From: an uncultured archaeon
GTDB taxonomy: Archaea; Iainarchaeota; Iainarchaeia; Iainarchaeales; DATDZZ01
DNA length: 64,000 bases
Assembly: GCA_964373795.1 (NCBI GenBank)
Contig: CAYJVY010000001.1
Location: 99,837-163,836 of the forward strand
Direction: 5' to 3'
The translations under genes were made by a program, and so were the position numbers. The notes under the pieces are model-generated. The model was not told where the DNA came from. It worked only from the letters and a program-made list of their open reading frames with translations, and made no database searches. This document shows positions 1 through 9,857 of this stretch, piece by piece (the stretch's first letter is position 1; each line of letters opens with the position of its first letter).

Positions 1-124
1 TCATTTTTATTGATTAAAGATTTTATTTCTCCAACCGTTTTTTTTTCATTTTCATTAATCAATTTTTGGTATTTTTTTAGTAAGGTTTCATACAAAATTA
101 TTTTTTTTTCATTTTCATCCATAA

Positions 125-1432
125 CTATAACTCGCTTTTTAGTTCGATTTTTTTATTTAAAAATTCAATTGATTTTTCTTCAATAGTTTTTTTTGTAACA
201 ATTATTTCATCACCCATTTTTTCAATTCTTTTCTTGTTTTCTGTTAAATTGTTTTCCTTTTCCTTTAATTCATTTTCAATTTCTTTTAATTCTTCGTTGA
301 GTAAATTTATTTCTTTTTGTATTGATATATTTTCTATTCTTTTTTCAATCACTTTTTTTTCTACCTCAACTTCATTTAACTTCCAAAATATCTCAGTGAA
401 AAAATCATATTTTTCAATTTTTTCAATTTCTTTTAACTTTTTTTCTTTTTCCACATCATTTAAGTTAATCGATTTTAATTCAATTGCTTTTTTTGTTTCT
501 TTTAAAATGTTTTTTAGTAAATCTCCTTTCAAATCACTTTTTATGGCATTTTCAGAGTTATTTAAATAAAATTCAAGTATTTTTTCTTCTTCAGGTTTTA
601 AAAAATATTTTTTTGATTTAATTAGTTTTTGGAGTTTTGTTAGTATTTTATTTATTGGGGCAAGTATGTCGACAAGTTTTTGCTTTATTTCTGTTTCTTT
701 TTGAATTGTTTTTGTTGTTTTTTCTTCTAATTGTTTTAATTCAATTGCTTCGGGGTTTGAATTCTTTTCTTCCATTTCCTTTCTTTTTTTTTCTTCCTGT
801 TTTTGGAGGTAATTAATGCAGGTTTCCAACTCTATTATTTGCTTTTCTTTTTCTTTTTTTTCTTCGATTTTTTGTTTTAAATTTAAAATGTTTAGTTCGA
901 CTTTTTTTGTTTTAAATATTTCGCTGTTTTCGAATATTTGTTTTAATTCATATGTGCAATCATTTAATTCCTTTATTTTATTCCCTACCTCTTTTACTTC
1001 TTTTTTAATTAAAGCGTTTGTTATTACAATATTTTTCCAAAAAGAGGCCAACTCGTTTGAAATTATTCCATTTGAATTAATGCAGTACTCTTGAACTATT
1101 TCTAAATTTTCAGTTGTTGGAGGGTTTAATTTTTTTATTAATGCTTTTAAATGCATTGAAAAGTGGTCTTTGTTTGTTTGAACAATTTTTCTTAATTTTT
1201 GACTTCCCTCAGTTGTAATTAGGTCTATTTTTTCAATTTCCTCTCTAATTTTGTTTAATTCATTTAATAAGTATTTTATTTCACTGAATTTTTGGAAAAT
1301 GGTTTTCTTTAACTCTGTTTCTTTCACTGACTTTTTCTCTGCAATTTTTCCAGCTAATTCTGTTAAATTTAATTTTATTATTTCTTCTTCTTGTGTAAAA
1401 AATTTTTTAATAAATCCAAACATAACTTTCAA
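125..1432 (-). CDS. Lys/Glu-rich coiled-coil protein of unknown function
   Basis: 435-aa ORF with heptad-like K/E/L/I periodicity throughout. No Walker A or other catalytic motif. Same-strand nested + strand ORFs (234..569, 816..1094, 1251..1451) are low-complexity mirror ORFs. Confidence 0.5.
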   Translation of the reverse strand: MKVMFGFIKKFFTQEEEIIKLNLTELAGKIAEKKSVKETELKKTIFQKFSEIKYLLNELNKIREEIEKIDLITTEGSQKLRKIVQTNKDHFSMHLKALIKKLNPPTTENLEIVQEYCINSNGIISNELASFWKNIVITNALIKKEVKEVGNKIKELNDCTYELKQIFENSEIFKTKKVELNILNLKQKIEEKKEKEKQIIELETCINYLQKQEEKKRKEMEEKNSNPEAIELKQLEEKTTKTIQKETEIKQKLVDILAPINKILTKLQKLIKSKKYFLKPEEEKILEFYLNNSENAIKSDLKGDLLKNILKETKKAIELKSINLNDVEKEKKLKEIEKIEKYDFFTEIFWKLNEVEVEKKVIEKRIENISIQKEINLLNEELKEIENELKEKENNLTENKKRIEKMGDEIIVTKKTIEEKSIEFLNKKIELKSEL

Positions 1433-1484
1433 TATATATTTTATTCAATGAATTTATAACTTAATTTTAGAGTTTTCTACTAAC

Positions 1485-1547
1485 CTGGTGCCTAAAATAT
1501 GTTTCTTTTTTCCCTCTGAGAATTTGTTTTCCTGGTGCCTAAATTTT
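1485..1547. repeat. 63-bp conserved intergenic element, copy A, containing two 13-bp CCTGGTGCCTAAA direct repeats. Second copy at 7332..7394.
   Basis: Direct reading: cctggtgcctaaaatatgtttcttttttccctctgagaatttgttttcctggtgcctaaatttt, versus 7332..7394, which differs at 2 positions. Sits about 45 bp upstream of the likely ATG of the 1595 ORF and the GGPPS operon. Confidence 0.8.
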
Positions 1548-1594
1548 CTCATTTTACAGAAACCTTTTTAAGAAAGAACATTCAAATATATTAT

Positions 1595-2122
1595 ATGTTT
1601 TGGAAAAAAATTGTTTTGCTTTTTTTATTGATGTCTTTTTCGCAATTTGTTTTTGCAGGTTCATCTAAAGTTGAATTTAATTCTCTTTTAGATAAATATT
1701 TTGATTCTTCTGGAGAATTGACTCTTGAAGCAAGAAACTCTTTAAAGCAATTTAATTCTGATTTGGATAAAGTTCCGGGCGTTTTAAGGAATGCTTTTTT
1801 AGGTGAAACTATTACTTTAGAAGTTAACTTTTCTGACAATAGCACTGAATTTTTTTGTGTTAAGACAACTTCTAAAATTGAAAGCATTTCTAGAATTAAT
1901 TGTTCTAATCCTTCCTTGCTTGTTTCAATTAACGAATCTACTATTAAAGAGATTTCTTCAAGTGATAATTTTTTTGATAGTTTGGTTTCAGCTTATCTTT
2001 CTGGTGAAATAAAGGTTTCACCGGTTGGAGTTCCAGCTACTCTTAAAGTTACTTTTGTAAATATTTTTTCGGCTGTGTTTTCTTTTTTTAATTCCTTGTT
2101 TGGGAGAGTAGAGGTTAAATGA
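1595..2122 (+). CDS. Secreted or membrane-anchored hypothetical protein with N-terminal signal peptide
   Basis: The ORF track starts at GTG 1535, inside the repeat. The first ATG (MFWKKIVLLFLLMSFSQFVFAGSS) gives a classic signal peptide. Overlaps the GGPPS start by 4 bp, consistent with an operon. Confidence 0.45.
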   Translation: MFWKKIVLLFLLMSFSQFVFAGSSKVEFNSLLDKYFDSSGELTLEARNSLKQFNSDLDKVPGVLRNAFLGETITLEVNFSDNSTEFFCVKTTSKIESISRINCSNPSLLVSINESTIKEISSSDNFFDSLVSAYLSGEIKVSPVGVPATLKVTFVNIFSAVFSFFNSLFGRVEVK

Positions 2123-3192
2123 CTGAAGCAATTCAGATTTTAAAGGACTATCAGAAAAAAGTTGATGTTGAATTAATTGCTTTTTTAAATGAAAAAATTT
2201 CTGAAGCTAAAGGGCAAGATTCTTTTTCAATTGAATTGCTTAAAAGAATTAAGGAGGTAAGTGAGAAAGGCGGAGGAAAAAGAATTCGCCCTGCAATGGC
2301 TATTTTTGGTTTTAAATGTTTTGATTCTTCTACTGAAAAAGAGATTATTAAGGCATCAATTTCTTTAGAATTAATTCATACTTTTTTTTTGTTTCACGAT
2401 GACATAATGGATGAATCTGATACTAGAAGAGGATTGCCTACTTTGCATAAACAGTATGAATCCATTGCTTTAGAGTCTTTTCCTTCTTTTAATCCCAGGA
2501 GATTTGGAGAGTCAATGGCAATGCTTGGAGGAGATTTGCTTTCTTCTTTTGGTTTTGAAGCAGTTCTTAGAACTTCTTTCTCTGAAAAACAAAAACTTAC
2601 TGCTTTAAGAAAATTGAATGACATAATTTTTTTCACTTGTTTTGGGCAAATCAAAGATGTATTAAATGAAGGTAGAAAGGATTTCACTGAAGCAGATGTG
2701 TTAAATGTTCATACTTTAAAGACAGCTAAATATTCTATTGAAGGGCCTTGTCAGTTTGGAGCAATGTTTGCAAACGCTTCTCAAAAAGATTTAAAGGTTT
2801 TCACTGATTATGGAATTCCTGTTGGAATTGCCTTTCAAGTCCAAGACGATCTTTTAGGAGTGTTTGGTGATGAAAAAAAAATTGGAAAGTCTGCAGACTC
2901 TGATTTAAAGGAAGGAAAAAAAACCTTGCTTATTTTAAAGGCTTTAGAGAATGGTTCTGAAAAACAAAAAAAAGTTATTTACTCTGTTTTAGGAAACAGA
3001 AATGCTTCTCCTGAAAAAATTAATGAAGTAAGAGAAATAATTAAGGAAACTAAGAGTTTTGATTATTCTGTTAAAAAAGCTAAGGAACTACTTGAGAAAG
3101 GAAAAAAGGAAATGAAGAAATCCAAATTCAAATCCGAGGGAAAAGAGTTTTTGATTGGCATTGCTGATTACATGCTTTCAAGAGAATATTAA
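2119..3192 (+). CDS. idsA: Polyprenyl (geranylgeranyl/farnesyl) diphosphate synthase, trans-IPPS
   Basis: First aspartate-rich motif FHDDIMDESDTRRG and second aspartate-rich motif FQVQDDLLGVFGDEKKIGK are present. 357 aa. Confidence 0.8.
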   Translation: MTEAIQILKDYQKKVDVELIAFLNEKISEAKGQDSFSIELLKRIKEVSEKGGGKRIRPAMAIFGFKCFDSSTEKEIIKASISLELIHTFFLFHDDIMDESDTRRGLPTLHKQYESIALESFPSFNPRRFGESMAMLGGDLLSSFGFEAVLRTSFSEKQKLTALRKLNDIIFFTCFGQIKDVLNEGRKDFTEADVLNVHTLKTAKYSIEGPCQFGAMFANASQKDLKVFTDYGIPVGIAFQVQDDLLGVFGDEKKIGKSADSDLKEGKKTLLILKALENGSEKQKKVIYSVLGNRNASPEKINEVREIIKETKSFDYSVKKAKELLEKGKKEMKKSKFKSEGKEFLIGIADYMLSREY

Positions 3193-5834
3193 TTTTTTAC
3201 TTGTTTTTCTTTTATTGCCATTTGAGCTGCTGCGAGTTTTGCTATTGGAACCCTAAACGGACTGCAGCTAACATAATTTAATCCAATTTTGTGGCAGAAT
3301 TCAACTGAAGAAGCTTCTCCTCCGTGTTCTCCACAAATTCCTATTTCTAGTTCTGGATTTGTTTTTCTTCCAAGTTCAACACATAACTTCATTAGTTTTC
3401 CTACTCCTTCTTGATCTAATACTGCGAAAGGATCTTTTTCAAATATTTTTTTTTCCTCATAGTGTTGAACGAATTTTCCAATATCGTCTCTTGAAAACCC
3501 ATAAGTTGTTTGAGTTAAATCGTTTGTTCCAAAGGAAAAAAATTCTGCTTCTTTTGCTATTTCATCTGCTGTAATGCATGCTCTAGGCAATTCAATCATT
3601 GTTCCAATCTTGAATTTAACTCCTTTTTCTTTTAATTTTAGTTCTTCTGCGACTTTTAAAATTATTTTTTTCATTTCAGTTAATTCTTTTACTGTTCCCA
3701 CTAAAGGAATTTCGATTTCAGGTAATACCTTTATTCCTTCTTTACTTACCTCTAATGCAGCTTCTAGTGCTGCTCTTGCCTGCATTTCATATACTTCTGG
3801 ATAGCTTAGCCCTAATCTTACTCCTCTGTGGCCAAGCATTGGGTTTGTTTCTTTTAATGATTCTACTTTTGCTTTAATTATTTCTTTTTCTACATTCATT
3901 TCCTTACTCATTTCTTCTACATCTTTTTCAATAAATGGAAGAAATTCGTGTAAAGGCGGATCTAGAAATCTTATTGTTACTGGAAAGCCATTCATTTCTC
4001 TGAATAATTCTTTGAAATCATTTTTTTGTAATGGCTTGATTTTTTCTAAAGCTTTTTTTCTCCCTTCTAAGTCTTTTGCTAGAATCATTTCCCTAATTGT
4101 TTTAATCCTGTCTTCTTGAAAAAACATGTGTTCTGTTCTGCATAAACCTATTCCTTCTGCTCCAAATTCTCTTGCTTTTCTTGCATCAATTGGAGTGTCT
4201 GCATTTGCTCTTACTTTTAGTTTTCTGTATTTGTCTGCCCAATGCATTATTTCTTCAAATTCCTTGCTTAGAGTTGGATCTGTTACAGGAATTTGTCCTT
4301 TAAATATTTCTCCTGTTGCCCCGTCTAAAGTAATCCATTCACCTACTTTTATTACTTCTTGTTTTGAAGTAGTGAATTCTCCAGGATTTCCTTTAATGGA
4401 TATTTCTTCACATCCAACAATGCAGCATTTACCCATTCCTCTTGCAACAACTGCTGCATGACTTGTTAATCCTCCTCTTGAAGTTAGAATTCCTTGAGCT
4501 ACATGCATTCCTTCAATGTCATCTGGAGAGGTTTCAGCTCTAACTAAAATTATTTTTTCTCCTGGATTTTTTTCAAATAGTTCTTTTGCTTTTTCTGCGC
4601 TGAAAACAACTTTTCCTACTGCAGCTCCTGGAGAAGCAGCTAATCCTTTTGCAATTGCTTTAAATTCTTTTTTTGCTTTTTCATCTAACTGTTTATGCAG
4701 TAATTGATTTAACTGGTTTGCATTTATTTTTAGTAAGGCTTCTTTTTCTGTTAAAATTTTTTCTTTCACCATGTCTACTGCAATTTTTACTGCTGCTTTT
4801 GCAGTTCTTTTTCCATTTCTTGTTTGCAATAAATATAGCCTGTTTTCTTCAATTGTGAATTCAAAGTCTTGCAAGTCTTTGAAGTGTTTTTCTAGTTTTT
4901 CATATACTTGAATTAGTTTTTCATATGATTCTGGGAGATCTTTTTTCATTTCATCAATGTGTTTTGGAGTTCTAATTCCTGCTACTACATCTTCTCCTTG
5001 CGCGTTTAAGAGATATTCTCCGTAGTGTTCTTTTTCTCCTGTTGCAGGGTTTCGAGTGAATCCAACTCCTGTTGCACTAGAGTTTCCTTTGTTTCCGAAA
5101 ACCATTGCTTGAATATTTACAGCTGTTCCTGCATCGTCTTTTAATGAATTAATTCTTCTATAAGAAATTGCTCTAGAACTATTCCATGACTCAAAAACAG
5201 CATTAATTGTCATTCTTAATTGTTCTTCAGGGTTTTGAGGAAAACTTTTTCCTTTTGCTTTAACTAATTTCTTGTAATCTTCAACTAATTCCTTTAAATC
5301 TTGTGCACTTAAATCAGTGTCAAATTTTACTTTTCTTGCATGCTTTTTTTTTTCCAGTAACTCTTCAAAATCTGAATGACTTAACTCCATTACTACGTCT
5401 GAAAACATTTGAATAAATCTTCTATACGAATCCCATGCAACTCTTTCATTTTTTGTTTTCTCTGAAAATGCTTTAACTGATTCGTCGTTCATTCCCAGAT
5501 TTAAAACTGTATCCATCATTCCAGGCATGGAAACATAGCTTCCGCTTCTAACTGAAACAAATAAAGGGTTTTCTTTATCTCCTAATTTTTTGTTCATTTT
5601 TTTTTCTAATTCTTTTAATTTTTCTTTTACTTGTTCTTCTAATCCTTTAGGCCATTTTTTTTCTAATTCATAATATTTTTTGCATGCTTCAGTTGTAATA
5701 GTAAATCCTGGTGGAACCATTAAACCTATTGCAGTCATTTCCGCTAATTGAGCTCCTTTATTTCCTAATAGAAAAGCGCTTTCCTCGCTTGCTTTGCTTT
5801 CATTAAACGCGTATACAAGTCTTTCTTTATTCAT
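3189..5834 (-). CDS. ppdK: Pyruvate, phosphate dikinase
   Basis: 881 aa. Has an ATP-grasp N-terminal region, the phospho-histidine swivel motif GGLTSHAAVVARGMGKCCIVGC, and a PEP-utilising C-terminal TIM barrel (NDLTQTTYGFSRDD). Confidence 0.85.
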   Translation of the reverse strand: MNKERLVYAFNESKASEESAFLLGNKGAQLAEMTAIGLMVPPGFTITTEACKKYYELEKKWPKGLEEQVKEKLKELEKKMNKKLGDKENPLFVSVRSGSYVSMPGMMDTVLNLGMNDESVKAFSEKTKNERVAWDSYRRFIQMFSDVVMELSHSDFEELLEKKKHARKVKFDTDLSAQDLKELVEDYKKLVKAKGKSFPQNPEEQLRMTINAVFESWNSSRAISYRRINSLKDDAGTAVNIQAMVFGNKGNSSATGVGFTRNPATGEKEHYGEYLLNAQGEDVVAGIRTPKHIDEMKKDLPESYEKLIQVYEKLEKHFKDLQDFEFTIEENRLYLLQTRNGKRTAKAAVKIAVDMVKEKILTEKEALLKINANQLNQLLHKQLDEKAKKEFKAIAKGLAASPGAAVGKVVFSAEKAKELFEKNPGEKIILVRAETSPDDIEGMHVAQGILTSRGGLTSHAAVVARGMGKCCIVGCEEISIKGNPGEFTTSKQEVIKVGEWITLDGATGEIFKGQIPVTDPTLSKEFEEIMHWADKYRKLKVRANADTPIDARKAREFGAEGIGLCRTEHMFFQEDRIKTIREMILAKDLEGRKKALEKIKPLQKNDFKELFREMNGFPVTIRFLDPPLHEFLPFIEKDVEEMSKEMNVEKEIIKAKVESLKETNPMLGHRGVRLGLSYPEVYEMQARAALEAALEVSKEGIKVLPEIEIPLVGTVKELTEMKKIILKVAEELKLKEKGVKFKIGTMIELPRACITADEIAKEAEFFSFGTNDLTQTTYGFSRDDIGKFVQHYEEKKIFEKDPFAVLDQEGVGKLMKLCVELGRKTNPELEIGICGEHGGEASSVEFCHKIGLNYVSCSPFRVPIAKLAAAQMAIKEKQVKN

Positions 5835-6083
5835 TTAATTTTTCACCCCAAGGCAAAGAGAAAATAGCCTATTTAATTCGTGTAAATTACTTTCCTTTCA
5901 CAATCTTCTTAAACTTATTCTTTTAAATTCATTTTTTTTCGTCAATTAGTTTAATCTTTTTTCATTACTGGAACCTTTTTAACTAATTCCTTGTTTAAAA
6001 ATTTATTAAAAAGGTGATTAAAAATTTCTTCATCTGAATTAAAAGAGTTTTATAAAAAATCTTTAGAGGAAAGAATTAAGTTA

Positions 6084-7298
6084 GTGAAAGAATTCTCCAA
6101 TCTTTCCGATGCAGATGTCAATTTGCTTTCTTCTTTCAAACCATTAGAATTTGAAGTTGCGAACAGAATGATTGAAAATGTTGTAGGAGTAATGCCTTTT
6201 CCTCTAGGAATTGCAACCAATTTTTTAATCAATGGAAAGGATTACTTAATTCCAATGGCTTTAGAAGAAGCCTCTGTTGTTGCAGCTGCTTCTCATTCAG
6301 CAAAGCTTGCACGCGAAAAAGGAGGATTTACTGCTTCTTCAACTGATCCAATAATGATTGGACAAATTCAGTTATTGAATGTTCCAAACCTATCTAAAGC
6401 AAAAAACGCAATTGAGTCTGCGAAAAAAGAAATTTTGGAATTCTGTAATTCAATTGATTCAGTGTTAGTGAAATTTGGAGGAGGAGCAAAGGATTTCACT
6501 TTACGAGAAATTCCCTTTTCTAAAGGAAAAATGCTTGTCTTTCACTTGCTTGTAGATGTTCGAGATGCAATGGGTGCAAATGCTGTTAACACAATGTGTG
6601 AAAAGCTTTCTCCGCGTTTAGAACAGCTTTCAGGAGGAGAAACTCGTTTAAGAATTTTATCAAATCTAGCAATTTATCGTTTAACTAAAGCAAAAGCTAT
6701 TTGGAGTAAAAAAATTTTAACAGAGCAATTCGGTGAACAAGCAGTTGACAGAATTTTAGATGCATTTGAATTTGCTGTAAACGATCAATTTCGTGCAACA
6801 ACTCATAACAAAGGAATAATGAATGGAATTGATGCAGTAGTAATTGCTACAGGAAATGACTTCAGAGCAGTTGAAGCTGGAGCACATTCCTATGCTGCTT
6901 TTGAGCATAATTATTCTTCTCTAACAAAATATTACAAAAATTCTGATGGAGACTTGGTTGGAGAAATTGAATTACCTTTAGCAATTGGTTTAATTGGTGG
7001 AGCAACTAAAGTGCATCCAATGGCTCAAGTTTCATTAAAAATTTTGGGAGTAAAAACAGCTAATGAATTAAGTCAAGTAATTGCTTCTGTTGGCCTTGCG
7101 CAAAACTTTGCTGCAATGCGTGCATTGGCAATTGAAGGAATTCAGCAAGGCCATATGAAGCTTCATTCCAGAAACCTTGCTTCAATGGCTGGAGCAAAAG
7201 GAAATCAAATAGATTTAATTGCAGCTCAAATGGTGAAAGAAAAAAACGTTTCATTTTCCAGGGCAAAAGAATTAATTGAAGGATTGCAAAAACACTAA
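6084..7298 (+). CDS. hmgA: Hydroxymethylglutaryl-CoA reductase (class I, archaeal-type)
   Basis: 404 aa with motifs EASVVAAASHSAKLAR, DAMGANAVN and GTVGG-like region. GTG start as called by the ORF track; no in-frame ATG upstream. Confidence 0.85.
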   Translation: MKEFSNLSDADVNLLSSFKPLEFEVANRMIENVVGVMPFPLGIATNFLINGKDYLIPMALEEASVVAAASHSAKLAREKGGFTASSTDPIMIGQIQLLNVPNLSKAKNAIESAKKEILEFCNSIDSVLVKFGGGAKDFTLREIPFSKGKMLVFHLLVDVRDAMGANAVNTMCEKLSPRLEQLSGGETRLRILSNLAIYRLTKAKAIWSKKILTEQFGEQAVDRILDAFEFAVNDQFRATTHNKGIMNGIDAVVIATGNDFRAVEAGAHSYAAFEHNYSSLTKYYKNSDGDLVGEIELPLAIGLIGGATKVHPMAQVSLKILGVKTANELSQVIASVGLAQNFAAMRALAIEGIQQGHMKLHSRNLASMAGAKGNQIDLIAAQMVKEKNVSFSRAKELIEGLQKH

Positions 7299-7331
7299 TT
7301 AATTCTTATATTTTTTATTGAAATCTTAGTT

Positions 7332-7394
7332 CCTGGTGCCTAAAATATGTTTCTTTTTTCCCTCTAAAAATTTGTTTTCCTGGTGCCTAAATTT
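7332..7394. repeat. 63-bp conserved intergenic element, copy B (see 1485..1547)
   Basis: 61/63 identical to copy A. Lies about 140 bp upstream of the HMG-CoA synthase start. Confidence 0.8.
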
Positions 7395-7537
7395 TTTTCT
7401 TTTAAAACTCTTTTTTATTTTTTTATATTTTTTTTGTAAATTTTTTTTAAAAGTTTCTGCGATCAACGATTAGAATTCTTTTTAAATCAAACTCTTGAGA
7501 ATATTAATATTGAGATTTCTATTTTTGTGATTGAATA

Positions 7538-8581
7538 ATGATTACTGGAATTGTTGGTTACGGAGCTTATATTCCGCAGTATAGAATTAAGGCTGAAACA
7601 ATTGCCGAGGTATGGGGAACTGATCCTAAAACAATTATTAATGGCTTGCTTATTCAAGAAAAAAGTGTTCCAGGAAAAGATGAAGACACTATTTCAATTT
7701 CAGTTCAAGCAGCTCGAAATGCTTTAACTCGCGCGCAAATAGATCCTCAAAAAATTGGAGCAATTTTTATTGGCTCTGAAAGCCATCCTTATGCAGTAAA
7801 GCCTTCTGCTTCAATTGTTGGAGATGCATTAAATGCTGGGCCAGATTTAATGATGGCTGACACAGAGTTTGCTTGCAAGGCTGGAACAGCTGCAATTCAA
7901 ATGGTTTACGGTTTAGTGAAATCTGAAACAATTGAATATGGTTTAGCAATTGGAGCTGATACTTCTCAAGCCTCTCCAAATAATGCTTTAGAATACTCTG
8001 CTTCTGCTGGAGGAGCAGCATTTATTTTAGGAAGACAAAAAAAAGAAGTCCTCGCTTCCTTGGATTCAACTTATTCTTTTGCAACTGATACCCCTGATTT
8101 TTGGAGAAGAGGTTTAGCTTCTTTTCCTTCTCATGCAGGCAGATTCACTGGAGAACCAGGTTATTTCAAGCACTTGGAAGCAGCTGCTAAAAAAATAATG
8201 GATTTAAATGGCTTTAAGCCTTCAGATTTTGATTTTGTTTCCTTTCATCAACCAAATGGAAAATTTCCTTTAACTGCTGCAAAAAATTTAGGTTTTAATT
8301 CAGAACAATTAAAAACCGCTTTGCTTGTAACAAGAATTGGGAACACTTACTCTGGAGCATCTCCTTTAGGTTTAACAGCAATTCTTGACATTGCAAAGCC
8401 TGGGCAAAAAATTCTTGTAACCTCTTATGGATCTGGTTCTGGAGCAGATGCATTTATTTTTACTGTAACAGATGTCTTACCTTCAAAACAAGGTTTAGCA
8501 AAAAAAACAGAAGACTATATTGCTAGAAAAAAATATTTATCTTACACTAAATACAGACAACACATGGAGCTCATCCACTAA
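7538..8581 (+). CDS. HMG-CoA synthase (archaeal type)
   Basis: 347 aa. N-terminus MITGIVGYGAYIPQYRI is typical of archaeal HMGCS, with a thiolase-fold condensing-enzyme architecture. Confidence 0.85.
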   Translation: MITGIVGYGAYIPQYRIKAETIAEVWGTDPKTIINGLLIQEKSVPGKDEDTISISVQAARNALTRAQIDPQKIGAIFIGSESHPYAVKPSASIVGDALNAGPDLMMADTEFACKAGTAAIQMVYGLVKSETIEYGLAIGADTSQASPNNALEYSASAGGAAFILGRQKKEVLASLDSTYSFATDTPDFWRRGLASFPSHAGRFTGEPGYFKHLEAAAKKIMDLNGFKPSDFDFVSFHQPNGKFPLTAAKNLGFNSEQLKTALLVTRIGNTYSGASPLGLTAILDIAKPGQKILVTSYGSGSGADAFIFTVTDVLPSKQGLAKKTEDYIARKKYLSYTKYRQHMELIH

Positions 8582-8624
8582 GCCTTTTTAGCGGATTTTG
8601 TTTCACAAAATCCTAAAAGGCTTG

Positions 8625-8685
8625 CGAAAATTTGAAAAAATTTGAAAAAATTTGGAAAAATTTGAAAAGAAAATTTGAAAATTAG
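8625..8685. repeat. AT-rich tandem repeat (AAAATTTGAAA-like unit, about 5 copies) in the thiolase leader
   Basis: aaaatttgaaaaaatttgaaaaaatttggaaaaatttgaaaagaaaatttgaaaatt read directly. Confidence 0.7.
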
Positions 8686-8694
8686 AGGGAAAAT

Positions 8695-9852
8695 ATGAAA
8701 GTAGCAGTTGTTGGAACTGGTTTAACTCAATTTGGAGAGTTATGGAATAAAGGCATTAAAGATTTGCTTGCTGAAGCTCAGTTAAAAGCTTTAGAGGATG
8801 CAAAAATGTCTGGAAAAGATATTCAAATGATATATACAGGTAACATGGTTTCAGGAGAATTAACTGGTCAAGAACATTTAGGAGCAATGGCTTCAGAGAA
8901 TTTAGGATTAAATATTCCTTCAACTCGAATTGAAGGAGCATGTGCTTCAGGTAGCTTAGCAATTCGAGAAGGAGTTTTTGCAATTCTTTCAGGGCAAGCA
9001 GATATTGTAATGGTTAATGGAGTAGAAAAAATGACTGATTGTTCTGTTGAACAAGTTACAACTGCTTTAATGGGTGCAGGTGATGAAGAATGGGAGGAAT
9101 TTCAAGGAGCAACTTTTCCAGGGCTTTATGCTTTATTTGCGAGAAGAATGTTTCATGAAAAATTAATTACTCGCGAACAACTTGCAATGGTTTCAGTTAA
9201 ATCTCACAAGCATGGAACCTTAAACCCTATTGCTCAATTCAAAAAAGAAATCACTGTAGACGATGTATTAAAGTCTTCAATGGTTGCAGATCCTTTAACC
9301 TTGCTTGATTGTTCTCCAATCTCTGACGGAGCTGCTTCAATTATTCTTGCAAAACCAGAACTAGCAAAAAAATTCACTGATTCGCCTGTTTACTTAATTG
9401 GTTCAGGGCAAGCAACTGATACTCTTGCATTGCATGCAAGAGATTCTTTAACTGAAATTAAAGGCACTCGAATAGCTGCTCAGCATGCTTTCAAGCAAGC
9501 AGGAATTTCAGTAAAAGATATTTCTATTACTGAAGTGCATGACTGTTTTTCTATTGCAGAGGTTTTAGCAATGGAGGGCATTGGCTTAACAAAGCCTGGA
9601 GAAACAGGGAAAGTAATTGAAGAAGGTCAAACATTTTTTGATGCAAAAATTCCAGTGAACACTTGTGGTGGATTAAAAGCTTGTGGGCACCCAATCGGAG
9701 CTACAGGAGTAAAACAAGCAATTGAAGTGGTTCATCAATTAAGAGGCGATGCAGGAAAAAGGCAAGTAAAAAATGCTTCAATTGGCATAACACATAATGT
9801 TGGAGGTACTGGAGCAACAGTAGTAGTAAATGTGTTTTCAAATAAAAGGTGA
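8695..9852 (+). CDS. Acetoacetyl-CoA thiolase (archaeal thiolase)
   Basis: 385 aa. MKVAVVGTGLTQFGELW N-terminus, catalytic Cys region EGACASGSLA, C-terminal CGGLKACGHPIGATG. Confidence 0.85.
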   Translation: MKVAVVGTGLTQFGELWNKGIKDLLAEAQLKALEDAKMSGKDIQMIYTGNMVSGELTGQEHLGAMASENLGLNIPSTRIEGACASGSLAIREGVFAILSGQADIVMVNGVEKMTDCSVEQVTTALMGAGDEEWEEFQGATFPGLYALFARRMFHEKLITREQLAMVSVKSHKHGTLNPIAQFKKEITVDDVLKSSMVADPLTLLDCSPISDGAASIILAKPELAKKFTDSPVYLIGSGQATDTLALHARDSLTEIKGTRIAAQHAFKQAGISVKDISITEVHDCFSIAEVLAMEGIGLTKPGETGKVIEEGQTFFDAKIPVNTCGGLKACGHPIGATGVKQAIEVVHQLRGDAGKRQVKNASIGITHNVGGTGATVVVNVFSNKR

Positions 9853-9857
9853 AATGA

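Noticed and set aside
234-1451. Plus-strand ORFs 234..569, 816..1094 and 1251..1451, rich in F/S/I
   Set aside because: They are antisense low-complexity mirrors of the K/E-rich coiled-coil gene on the minus strand, and they have poly-Phe/Ser composition.
2394-2687. Antisense ORFs inside GGPPS, PPDK, HMGR, HMGS, thiolase, PolD and others. Examples are 2394..2687, 3359..3804, 7060..7266, 7767..8021, 8756..8983 and 47357..48910.
   Set aside because: They are nested within strongly supported conserved genes on the opposite strand and have low-complexity composition.
8625-8685. CRISPR array
   Set aside because: The repeats are about 11 bp, AT-only, contiguous and without spacers. No cas genes are present. 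Nothing CRISPR-like occurs elsewhere in the window.
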